From contig JBHGNT010000011.1 of the NCBI GenBank assembly GCA_043228905.1, forward strand, positions 16,616,001-16,680,000: 64,000 bases of DNA, read 5' to 3'. How positions within the stretch are numbered: position 1 is the stretch's first letter; each line of letters begins with the position of its first letter. A program made the position numbers and the translations under genes. Below, piece by piece: positions 52,669-64,000 of this stretch. This stretch comes from Azolla caroliniana (taxonomy: Eukaryota > Plantae > Polypodiophyta). A model generated the notes under the pieces. It saw only the letters and a list, made by a program, of their open reading frames with translations, ran no database searches and had not been told where the DNA came from.

Positions 52669-55600
52669 ATGGCAGCTTTTACATTGCCTCCTACGTGTAA
52701 CTCCTCTTCATCTCATGCACTTTGGCATCCATTTTCTAGCAATATTCTCCTGGTAAGTAACTTTACAATATAAAAAGATAAGTTGTAACAGATTTCCTTG
52801 TGAAAATTTAAGGAATTTATGGAAGAATTGTTTCAAGGGGAAGCAATACTGTCATGTTATAAAAATTGGCAGTCTGAGAATGACTTCGAGGCATGCTCCA
52901 TGTTATAGAGAATGGCATGATAAGCACATGCAATGAATGAAACATGCATATATTCACTTATAAAGAACTCTGGTTTCTCATCGATCAATAGGCTGACGCG
53001 TCTTCATTCAAATAAGGCTTTCTTAACGTGTGAATTTCGTGCCACAAGACAATCTTTATCTGTAGATTTGATTGCTTTTCTCTTCAATGCATATTATTTT
53101 AGATAAAGAAAAAGAAGAGACACATATACTTCAATTGCGTAATACAGTACATACCCTTGTCTCATTATCCATAATGCAAGAAAATAGATTGCTAAAGTTG
53201 CACCTTTGATATGCATAATGTCTTCCATCTGTGGCCTTGTTCTAGTGTCAAAGAGGCAATCCAAGGTATACATTGCTTCTGATGTCTTGGATCTTCCATC
53301 TGAGGTATATGGGCCGTCATCAAATTCCACATCCCAACTGAATATTATCTTGTTTCAGGTTGAATCATAGATTCTGTAGGTGTATGAAACTGGGATGTAT
53401 CTGAGTTGCATCTCATGCCCTCGGCATGCTTTGTCTTACACTTAGATATCTAATCAATAGAAGAGAATCTAGTAGTAAGAGGATAAATGCTTATTATTGG
53501 CATGCAATTATGTGAATCGTAGGGCCAAACATCTTCAATAATTTCTTTGGAGGTTCTGAAAAGTCAAGTTTGTGGTGGGTTAGTTCACAAGAAGCACAAG
53601 CGATGCATTCATATCAACAGCCGGTGGAATCCAACAGGTATACTATGAGCTTTTTCATATCTGTTCCGTTTTTAAAGAAATGCTCTGCTGGGAGTGGGCC
53701 TGACCTGGAATTGAAAGAAACTAGAGTCCAGGAAAATTTTCTGTGTCCATTCCATTTGTGTCTCTGTTATTCAAATGCGTAGATATATATCTTATATAGT
53801 TATAAGTGATGTTATGAGTGCAACTGAAGAGATATTTACCTTGATAATCTTTTGGAATGTAAGTGCAACTCTAGAGTAACCGTTATTATTTGAAGGATGC
53901 TATTGGAAATGTAAATTTGTGTATACTGAAACGGGTTATGTAAATGAGCTAGAAATGTTACTGAATCTGCAATATACCAGATTAATAGTCTTTCCGTGAG
54001 TGGTGCAACAGAATCAATATTATAATATTTCTTAATGAAGTTTGGTGATTGAGATGGTGTTTCCCCAAATCTCATGTTGAAATTTGTTTTTCTTATGCAT
54101 CAAATTAATCCAGGATCAGCTGAAGGTAATCAGTTTATTAACAGGGCAGCAAGATCACAAGGCCCTCGTCAGAGTATTGATGATAGGGTACAGAGAAAAC
54201 TACAGCAGTTTCATGAAGGAATGGATGGACCGCCATTACGTGTTCTTCCAATTGGAGGTTTGGGAGAAATTGGTATGAATTGTATGCTGGTTGGTCATTA
54301 TGATCGGTATATCATGATTGATGCTGGCCTTATGTTCCCAGAGTAAGTGACACTGGGTGATTTTTATGATATGTCGAGGACATTCTTTAATGAAGTATAT
54401 GGAATGATGGAGAATGTTTTACCAGTTCTGACTAAATTTTGTGCATGGCAGTTATGAAGATCTTGGGGTTCAGAAGATTTTGCCAGATACTACTTTTATT
54501 CAGCGTTGGAGGCATAAAATCGAGGCTGTTATCATCACACATGGTCATGAGGATCATATTGGTGCTTTGCCATGGGTACAGATCATCTACATTTTTGAAG
54601 GCATTCTGTTAATTAATTTGTTAATTTAAATTGGGTGTAATGCTACAGGTATTTCCAGTTTTGGATCCATCTACTCCTGTGTATTCAACATCTTTCACTA
54701 TGGAGGTAGATTTGCTTCAAACTTATTGCTGACCTGCCATGAATTCATCTAATGTCATTCCATTCGGCAACCTTTGTAGCTCATCAAGCGAAGACTAGAT
54801 GAATACTCGATCAAAAGTGATGGGCGACTGAGGATATTTGACATGAAAATGAGATTCAGCGCGGGGCCCTTTGAAATAGAACCAATGAGAGTAACACATT
54901 CTATTCCAGATTGTTGTGGTTTGATTCTTCGCTGTAGTGATGGCACAATTTTACATACTGGTGATTGGAAGGTAAGCACATCACATTAACATATAACTGA
55001 TCAAAATGACTGCCATCAACATATAATCATATATTACAACATTAAGAAGAGTTCTTGATTACAGATTGACGAATCACCAACAGATCGTAAAATATTTGAT
55101 CGAAATGCATTGGAACAACTATCAAAGGAAGGAGTGACCTTGGTACTATTTTTATTTATCTATCCACCTGTGAAATGTCTTGATCGAAGACTATTTCTGC
55201 TTCTTCCTTTAGACGAATGAAGCAAACAAGCACACCTTTGACACATTTGTTAATTGGAGTGGGTTATCTGGATTCCAATTACAGATGATGAGTGATTCAA
55301 CAAATGTCCTCTCCCCAGGAAGGACAACTAGTGAAGCAGATGTTGCAAAAGCATTGATGTATCAAATTGAGAAGGCAAAGGGAAGAGTGATTACTACTCA
55401 ATTTGCATCTAATGTGCATCGAATAGGTAGTGTCAAAGCAGCAGCTGATGCAACAGGACGTAAGCTGGTAATGCCATTATAGTATTGTTTTGTTGCACAT
55501 TTTCTTAAATTGTCTGCTTTTGTTTAATCTTCAAGATTAATTGGCAGGTTTTCCTTGGTTTGTCATTAAGAACTTACTTGGATGCAGCTTGGAGAGATGG

Positions 55601-58600
55601 ACAAGCTCCATTTGATCCATCTATATTGGTGAGGAACTAAAATGGACATGCAATTATTATGCATTGCTAGGCACAGGCAATAGGTTGTGCTAGTTTATGT
55701 TATTTCCCTCCAAAAATAAGCAAAGAAAACGAAAGGAAATGTTCATTCATTGATCACAGTTTATTCGGAGATTAAGATTAAGTTTTGTTTGTTGAGTTTT
55801 ATTTATCAGACTTACTGGTTTTAATGAAGGTGTAAAATCGTGAAACAGAAACAGTTGGTGAGAAGAAAAGCTTTTCTAAAGATATCAATACGTAGATTAC
55901 AAATATAAATGTTAATAATTTTCTCGTACATGTCTGTTTTCCTCTCCCTAAATGTGCATACTTTTTTTCATCTATGAAACATAGTAACTCTATACAAAAA
56001 CATGGAAGCATTGCACATGCTGTTAGGCAGGTAGAGTGTCAGAAAGATTTATGGAAGACATATAGAACCTTCTAATGCGAAGATTGGAAGCACTGTAAGG
56101 ACAAAGGATGAGGTGGCGAAGCTCAATCTACTTCCTGAGGTTAGTGAAAATATTGGCAATCCAGCTCCGATGGGACGAGGACAAGGAGGCATCATCTAAT
56201 CACTCCAGTAGGTAGCTCATTGGATAGAAGTTCTGGGGTCCAAAGTGCTTTACAAGTAAGAGTGAAGAGTCTCACCAATATCATGAAGCACATCCTTTGC
56301 TAAAGGGTTTATGGTACAACTCGAGTCCTTGTAATCTTGAATATTTCAGAAGTCTAAAGGAGACAAACCTAGATGAAGTTGCAATGTTAGAAATATTGAG
56401 AAACAATTAGATAGGTATATAGAGTTACAATGACAGATGGATATATGAAAACAAAACTTCTATTACATATGAGAGTAGCTCGCAATGGTAGTTCACCCAT
56501 GCGCTCACACCTTAGAGATTTGATGGGATCTGGACCAGCTCATTACAAAATTAGTGGGGGATTGATGATCATCACACCATTGTGTAAGAGAGTGGATTAT
56601 ATTCTCTATTTGGTCTGAGTGTAACATTAAATGTGCATGTCAGTTGATAGTAGTGGAGATATTCCTTTTATGTCAACTGACTTGTCATTTAATGTGACCC
56701 AACTCCCTAGACACAAGCTAGTGCTAGATAGTACTTATCTTAAAGTCAATGGCACATACTTCAAGACTAAGTACATTGTAACTTGCCCACAAAATAATCT
56801 TGTAGTTGACTTGATTAATCAATCATATTAGCCTACTTCACTCTTTCCTAAATACATTGTGTCCTACGCATCTATGGTTTCCTAGATTGACACCTTATCG
56901 ACCCATATGGTCGAGTTGCGCAACAACTATTCCTCATTTAGGGCGCTATCACAAAATGTGCACTCTAAGAGTACATATGGGGATAGATTTACAACTTGGG
57001 GTTGATCATTGATTATATCTTTTTAGGTAACGTATAGGTAAAAACATTAGGTAATGTATAGATCTTTTTAGCTGCAAGTAAAAACATTAGGTAACGTATA
57101 GATCTTTTTAGCTGCAGTAGGGGTTGAATGTCTTTTTCCTAGGCACATTGGATACAATGAAGCTCTTAACCCCAACATGCAGGTGCCTCAGGAGCTGGAA
57201 CTCAGAAATATGGCCTGAGCATGTTTAGAGATCATAAATTGTTGCGACAAGCTCTAAACTGCAGAATACAGCCTGAAAGTTGTCAAAATTTTGGATGATT
57301 GTAACAATTTCAATCCATTTTATTTTAGGGAAGCTAGAATAGAAATATTTTTTTCTTTGTTACTTGCTCTGATGAGCCATCATAAACAATTGTAATGTTT
57401 GTCAAGTCTCATAAGTGATTTTGGTTGTTTGGAGTCATTAGTATATCTCTGTTTCTCATTTGCCAATTGTGTCATCAATGAGTGGAATCCGAAGCTCACA
57501 ATGTTTGTCATTGTAGTGTCTTTTATGAAATCAGAGGGAGATGCCATTGCCTCTTTAAACAAGGCTTTGGCTCGTGACACAAGGTAATGGAATATGAGGA
57601 CCAACGGTGCCTAGGACTTTTCTTGCTAGAACTTAAGGGACGTAGGGAAAAGTTGTTGAAGAATACAGCCACACAAGCTCATCCACAAAGAACAATCACA
57701 ACTTTCTTTAGCCCCGTCACTCCTACTAATGCTACAAGTCAATCAAGGGATACACAAATGGGCTCCCGACCAAGACATAACAAAGGGGTTACAACAGATC
57801 GGGCAATAGCAATTTGTTGTGCATGTAGGCCCCGGCCCCATGGACAACGACCTCAGCACCCTTGTCATCGATAGATAAAGGCCATTATCTCCCTCCATCG
57901 TAGGTGCTTCCCTCACTTTGGAGACCTCGCCATTCTGGATCGACCTATGCTAGAGATGTGCTGAAAACTAGATTCCCTCGTCTCTTTTATCTTATTTACT
58001 TTTATATTTCCTGAGTAGTATTTATTTTGATTTTGATTTGTTGTTCTCAATGATGAGACAAAACTTAAGATGTAATCTCTTGTTTTGTCTTATAGGCCAT
58101 TTTGGCCTCTCAAAAGACGTTAATATATCTTTCTTTCTTTCTTATCTTACACTGGTATTGCACATTTGTTTTCTAGGTCAAGCCTGAAGATATGGATTCT
58201 TATGCACCAAAAGATTTATTGCTAGTTACAACTGGATCACAGGTAGTTGGAATTTAATTCTGATGAACATTAAAGGTTATTCACAGTTCTCTACATATCA
58301 ATGATCTAAATTGCAAGCTTCAGGACAGGCAGAGCCACGTGCAGCCCTCAACCTGGCATCACTTGGGAGTAGTCGTTCTTTGAAACTTAACAAGGATGAT
58401 GTAGTTCTTTACTCTGCTAAGGTATTTAAACTGTCATTCCATCAGTAGAGGGTGCTATAAATACATTTATAAGCTGTCATTAGGCAGCTATGTGCTTCAA
58501 ACAGCTATCTGGATGCATGTGACAGTATGATGCTGCCCTCTATGACTATATCTAATGTTAAGCAGTGCCTGATTGTATGTACTTTTTACTTTGTAGTATT

Positions 58601-61600
58601 TTGTTCATTTGATTGACTATTGCTGCTGTCAGTCCTGCATCCACTTTTAGATAATGTCTCCCAAGGTCATTATAGTAAGAAGTCCTTAAAACACATTTTA
58701 ATACTGTGTTAAATGAAGAGTCCTTTCTCTTTTGCTCAGGTTATTCCAGGTAATGAGATTCGGGTAATGAAAATGATGAACAGGATAGCAGAACTAGGGC
58801 CGAACATAGCTATGAGAAGGACAGACAATTTGCATACTTCAGGTCATGCATATCGAGATGAACTAGTATGATATCTTGACTTTACTTTTTGAATTAATGT
58901 TGTAAATGTATTTCATTATTTAATCAAGAATGGCAAAACGTTTCCACATGTGTATCTTTATGCTTCTTTCAATCTTTCACCAAAAATGTCTCCAGTGCCT
59001 TGTCTGTCCCATGGATCATGCTGACCCCAGCACATGCTAATATATCATCATCATTATCCCTTGAATGAAATCAGTCATTATATACTTTCACATTGCATAT
59101 TCTCAACATGCATGAGTAATATGTAATTGTGCAACAGTCATTTCTAATGATATTTGTGGCTAGCTCAAGAATTAAAACTTGTCCTGGACAAACTTTGGGC
59201 TATGATATTTTGTCTCTGCTTGCTCAAGAATTAAAACTTGTCTTGGACAAATTTTGTGCCATCATATTTGGTCTCTGCTTGCTCAAAATTAAAACTTGTT
59301 CTGGAGAAAATTTGGGCTATCGTATTTTGTCTCTGCTTGCTCAAGAATTAAAACTTGTCCTGGACAAACTTTGGACAATCATATTTTGTCTCTGCTTGAA
59401 GTATATATCTTCTCTTCTCTGGAAGATGCCAAGGTGCTTCAGTCATCCTTTGTCTTTTGCCGTTGTTGAATTGGGCTTGTATTGCCCAATGAGTGACCAT
59501 GATGAATATTTAAGGATGGGGATTGTGTGTAAGGAATGTGATAATGTGAGAGGATTGATTGAGTGAAAAGCACTTTTTTGACAGTGTGAAAATTATATAC
59601 TAGTGAAGAAATGGGAAAATATGTCATAAGGAAACAGGCATGTCAATTTGCTTTTGATAAGAGTGAATATAAGTGGAAGGAATAACGTATGTTCTGTGGA
59701 GGGGTTAAGGGATGGTGCTATTTTAAATAAGCATGAGCGGACACTGGCAAACAGATAAGTTTTTGCTCCGAAGAGTAAGCATGAGTGGATGATGGGGACG
59801 TTTTCCTTTTCTTCTGGTTCTCCTAATCGCCATATTTTTATACCTTCCTAATCGGACTTATTGAACATAATCAAAGTAGTCCTAATCTGAAATAATGCTA
59901 TTCTAACTAATAATCGGCAACGGTTCGGTTTGGTTTGAGAGTGTCAAAACTGTTCGTTTAAAATTTCTGAAACTTGAACCGAACCGAACCACGAAATCGT
60001 TAAACCGAACCATTCAAAAAATTCAAACCGCTAAATCCGTGGTTTTTTTGTCCGGTTTTGGTCAAAATTCAAATTAAAAAAATTTCATTATTTAAAATTT
60101 TAAAATTTTAAAATTTTAAAGATTTTCCTAAAATTTGAGAATAAGGCTTGAAAATGAAAAAAATAATAATTTAATTAATTAATTTTTTCAAAAAAAAAAC
60201 GTTTAAACGTTTAAACCTCGGCTTAACAGTTTAAACGGTTTGGTTTGGTTAAAGTTCAGGTTTTTTTTAACGGTTTGGTTCAGTTTCAGTTTCAGTTTCA
60301 ACAGTCAAACTGAACTGTTGCCGACTGTTAATCCTAACGAACCTAACAAAAGAACTGATTCTGATAATCATGTGAAGCACTGAAACTTTTGTCTAATCTT
60401 GATTAGGTATTTCATTAGTCTTAATTCTTTGTCTATCTCAATTGAGTATGTCATTAGTTAAATCCCATCATAGTGCTATTTCTATCCTCTGTACCTTACG
60501 AACTTCAAAGGCTTCTTTAATTTCTTTTGTAAGAACCCTTTGACACTTGATTTTTGTAATATTGGTGCTAAACCTCAATGTGAGGTGAAAACCAATGAAA
60601 ATTGGTTGCATTGAAATGACCATTAAGTTAGTATATCTGTGTTGATACTAGCAATCATTGAAAGAAGAGGTCATATATATGCTTCTGTATCCTTTGAGCA
60701 TAGCAAAATGTAAACAGCCTTGAAAAAAACATCTGATATTTGTTGACTATGGTGCAATTGTGAGAAATATCCATATTGTTCGCTAAACCCAATATCTGAA
60801 ATATATAGTGCAGGTGGTTGAGTGAAAATGGCACTGAGGGGGAAATATATGCAGCAAAAAAGCAAAGTGAACCTCCCGAACTTATGAGGAAAAATATAAT
60901 TAGAGACAATGTGTGGTTTGCTGTAAAAAGGTGGTTATTTTGGACTACTCAATAGCATATGAAGTCCCTTTCATCAGCTGTCCACATTAGAAATGACATC
61001 GGTAATCTAATGAGATTGTAATAACACTTCAGACCCTAGAACCCCAACGAAGAACATCCAAAGGATTACACTTTCCTTTTAACAGTAATTAACTCCTCCA
61101 TATTATACACCCTTCATTTCACTAAATTGCATGTCCCACCAACATTGGAACCGCATCAACCCAGAAACCAGGCAAATATCAACCAATCAACTTAAATCTT
61201 TTTTTGCTGAAGTTACTCTCTCACTCACACATATTCTTTCTTTTCCTAATTTTTGGGAGAATTCAGCATCTATTATTGAGTTGTTTTTGTTGTAAACATT
61301 CAAGAATTGCAAAATGAGCTCATTGATATGGAATATTTGACTGATTGATTGCAGGAAGAAGTCATACGTCTTGTGAAGCCTCAGCATTTCATGCCGGTTC
61401 ATGGAGAATATGCGTTTCTTAAGGAACATGAACAGCTGGGGAAAGAATCTGGCATAAGGCACACTGCTGTAAGTTTACCTAAAAATACCATGTGTCCCTG
61501 ACTATTTACTGTTGCATCTGTCTTCTAGATCCCATTAAAATAAACTTCCATCTTTTCTCTTTCCAGAACCCTTCTCAATGGTTGGATTCTTATTTTCGTT

Positions 61601-64000
61601 AAAATTGTGCCTCCCAATAACATTCAGCTATTCAATATTGGTTATATAGATCATGGTATAGGATTCCCGTGACTTTATATTGTCTTATATAACTGTTTAT
61701 AACCCTATGTATGAGTTTAGTGTTCCTTAGTATGTGTGAACGCTGGCAGGTGCATATCAACAATATCATGTCAGAAAATGCATGTTGCTTGTGTTGTGCT
61801 ATGCGTGTCCATCACTTCCCTTCATTTTTATCAACAGATCTGCACCAAAATGTGTAGCAAAATGTTGATGGGCATATATAACTCCTAAATATTTTTCTAC
61901 CCAATTGTAAGTTAGAAACTTGGATTTGTTTTTGTTTTTGTTTTGTGGTTTAGAGTTGGCACCTTACGTTACTTTCACAGATAAAATTTCTCTTACTGAC
62001 AAAAGGCCCCACAAATTTTTCCATGTGACATTCGTTGTAATTTGATTCAAAAACTCATCCGTAGATTAAATACTTGTTTCTAGGTAATTAAAAATGGTGA
62101 AATGCTTGGTGTTGCACACCTGCGCAACAGGCGAGTTTTATCTAGTGGATTCACACATCTTGGGAAAGAAGATCTACAGGTGATTGATTTCATCAGTGAT
62201 AGTCAACTGAAAAAGAGAATTACAGACATCTGCTGTAAACATTGTTAATCATTTTTGCTGTTTTGCAGATGATGTACAGTGATGGTGACAAAGCTTTTGG
62301 CACATCAGCAGATCTTTGTGTAGGGGAGCGCATGCGAATTGCACTTAATGGGGTTGTTATTGCAAGGTAAGTTTTTATACTTGTTGCTAGAACTAATACT
62401 CAAATCCTGTGCATATTTTTCTTGCTGCGTCTTAGTCATTTATTAAGATATAGACAGATAAACTTCAAATGTAGCTTCCAGCAGATGTTCAGGAAAAATA
62501 AGCATGAGTTTTGTCTTCAGATAGATCTTCAAATTTCAAGGAACACTACTCATGTAATTTCAGAATTAATCCAACATATCAAGGCCGACATCTCATTTTT
62601 GAAACCAAAGCTTCATTTGAAATAGATTAGTTATTATGAAGAAGTATTTGCGACGTAGAACAACAAATCCTCCACCAATTCAGAGAGAAACTTCTGTTGA
62701 CATCTGGAGATAGCATGGGACAACTAAATATTTACCATTCCAAAATCAAACCTTTTAGGCTTTCCTAAATTTGTATGGAGTCCTAGCAGAATTCATAATA
62801 ATAGGAGAAGAAGAAATTTCAATCTCAATTTGTTCTTTTATCTGACCATTGAAACGTGGGCACTCTTACACCATAGTTGAATGTCACATTCTGAGATCAT
62901 GTTTTGATCACAGCATAGAAGTTTCACGAAAGGAATCTGGAAAGAAAAAGTCAAGACATAGAGGCTCAAGTGAGGAAGGTAGAACTGATGGGTTGAAAGG
63001 TCGCATCAAAATTGTCACACGCTGTCTCTGGGTGGATCGTGGGAAGCTCTTGGATGCTCTGCATAAAGCAGCTTCTGCAGCTCTCTCCAGTCTTAAGCTT
63101 GACTCAACTTTGGGAACAGTAGAGCATACTGTTGGTGTTGCCCTGCGAAAGGTGGTACAAAAATATAGCAACAGGCGTCCAGATGTGATTATAATAGCTA
63201 CTGAGGTCTCTCTCTCTGATAGACCTGAATCTGTCAAGGCAGAGGGACCCAATGACTCAAATGGAGGTGTGGCACCAAGAAAACACACTGTAAATTCTAT
63301 AAATGACAAACATTTTGACAATGCAGTGTCTGCAAAACTGTTCCAATCAATTAATTCCGCCCCAAGCAAAGCGGCAATTTCAATGGCAGGTGGTTCTCTA
63401 TTTTCTCAAAATATATTTCTGTTACAGCTATTTTAGAGGTAGAAATTATTTTGGCAGTTTTATTGGAAAACCCTGAAAGTTGTTTCACATTCTACCAGAG
63501 CCAAATCTCCAGGAAATGAGCCAGAAACTTCCTTTGGAAGCAGTTAAGGCAAGTACAACGGCATCAGAATTAGTGGGACAGTCAGCTATAGACTCAGCTA
63601 GAGGTAAGTTGGTTTGTCTGTCTTGTAATCAATGAATGTGCCTATCCTCTGTAACATGCGAGATTTGGAGAGTGAGATGGAGGGTGAATGAATGAGAAAT
63701 GTATTGTGCAAATCTTTTTATAGCAGAGGCTGAAAAGAACCTAATGGATAGAGTAGAGGAACAATCTGGAAATAATGTAACCATGTCTACGAATGAAGCT
63801 AAAGCTGAGGAACATGATGGAACTAGTGTAACCATGTCTGTATCTGATGCGGAAAAGACCCTAACACGTGATATTGAGAAACAAGATGGACATGATGTAA
63901 GCTTGGCTAACAAGCGCCGTAAATGGGTGTCTAAAGAAATCATGAAGTTAATTGAAGCTCGGAAGCAGAGAGAGGTGGAAGTACACAAAGGTCAAAGTAC
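52669..64000 (+). CDS. RNJ: Chloroplast ribonuclease J (metallo-beta-lactamase/beta-CASP with C-terminal GT-1/Myb-like domain); 3' end outside the window
   Basis: Approximate exons 52669-52752, 53523-53637, 54114-54342, 54452-54576, 54649-54705, 54780-54971, 55065-55142, 55285-55467, 55548-55628, 58177-58242, 58329-58421, 58740-58865, 61355-61468, 62084-62179, 62269-62366, 62914-63389, 63499-63603, 63724 to the edge. Motifs [76 protein letters not shown]. The two 5' exons and a UTR exon ending at 49741 are less certain. Confidence 0.96.
57024..57117. repeat. 40-bp tandem duplication in an RNase J intron
   Basis: gtaaaaacattaggtaa(t/c)gtatagatctttttagctgca occurs twice. Confidence 0.9.
57455..58143 (+). 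mobile_element. 5'-truncated RTEX-like LINE copy in an RNase J intron
   Basis: [31 protein letters not shown]...[17 protein letters not shown] (CCHC region); tail aagacgttaatatatctttctttctttc. Confidence 0.85.
59163..59398. repeat. 59-bp minisatellite, 4 copies, intronic
   Basis: gctcaagaattaaaacttgtcctggacaaactttgggctatgatattttgtctctgctt x4, with no unique spacers. Confidence 0.93.
59911..60327. mobile_element. MITE with about 21-bp TIRs (hAT-like AACCG subterminal motifs) in an RNase J intron
   Basis: taatcggcaacggttcggttt and aaactgaactgttgccgactg (17/21); AT-rich core; no convincing TSD. Confidence 0.8.

Noticed and set aside
53188-53303. Extra phase-0 coding exon in the RNase J transit-peptide region
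   Set aside because: An open frame with AG/GT exists, but the flanking exons join in phase without it and nothing else supports it.
56380-57000. Solo LTR in an RNase J intron
   Set aside because: It starts TGTTAG, but I found no matching CA end with a 5-bp TSD.
59129-59566. 59-bp repeats as a CRISPR array, or the 145-aa ORF over them as a gene
   Set aside because: Head-to-tail units with no unique spacers, no cas genes, inside a eukaryotic intron; the ORF is a by-product of the repeat.
34130-64000. RNase J and YjgA-like genes as bacterial contamination or recent horizontal transfer
   Set aside because: Both have many GT-AG introns and transit-peptide-like N-termini, and belong to known plant nuclear families.

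Overview
Land-plant nuclear DNA with spliceosomal introns, plant-specific XS and CHUP1 genes and many (CT)n/(CA)n microsatellites. A seed-free plant such as a fern is my guess, not shown. Seven host genes can be built by hand: a single-exon GIS/ZFP-type C2H2 repressor (+), an At4g08455-like BTB/POZ gene (+), a stand-alone XS-domain gene (-), Ran GTPase (-), a DUF615/YjgA(DarP)-like plastid protein (-), a strongly modified CHUP1 paralog (-) and chloroplast RNase J (+, runs off the right edge). Two LINE families are present: L1-type copies (two with clear TSDs, one a possible twin-priming inversion) and an RTEX-like family with (TC/TTTC)n tails (one near full-length copy plus four fragments). 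There are also hAT- and MULE-type MITEs and several local tandem duplications. The most interesting items are the XS-only protein behind a TAATG stop-start uORF, the CHUP1 paralog lacking its proline-rich region and about 60 aa of its C-terminal domain while keeping frame, and the (CT)n-associated RTEX-like LINE with a tRNA-like A/B-box head just upstream. All calls come from manual reading and remembered family motifs; no searches were run.
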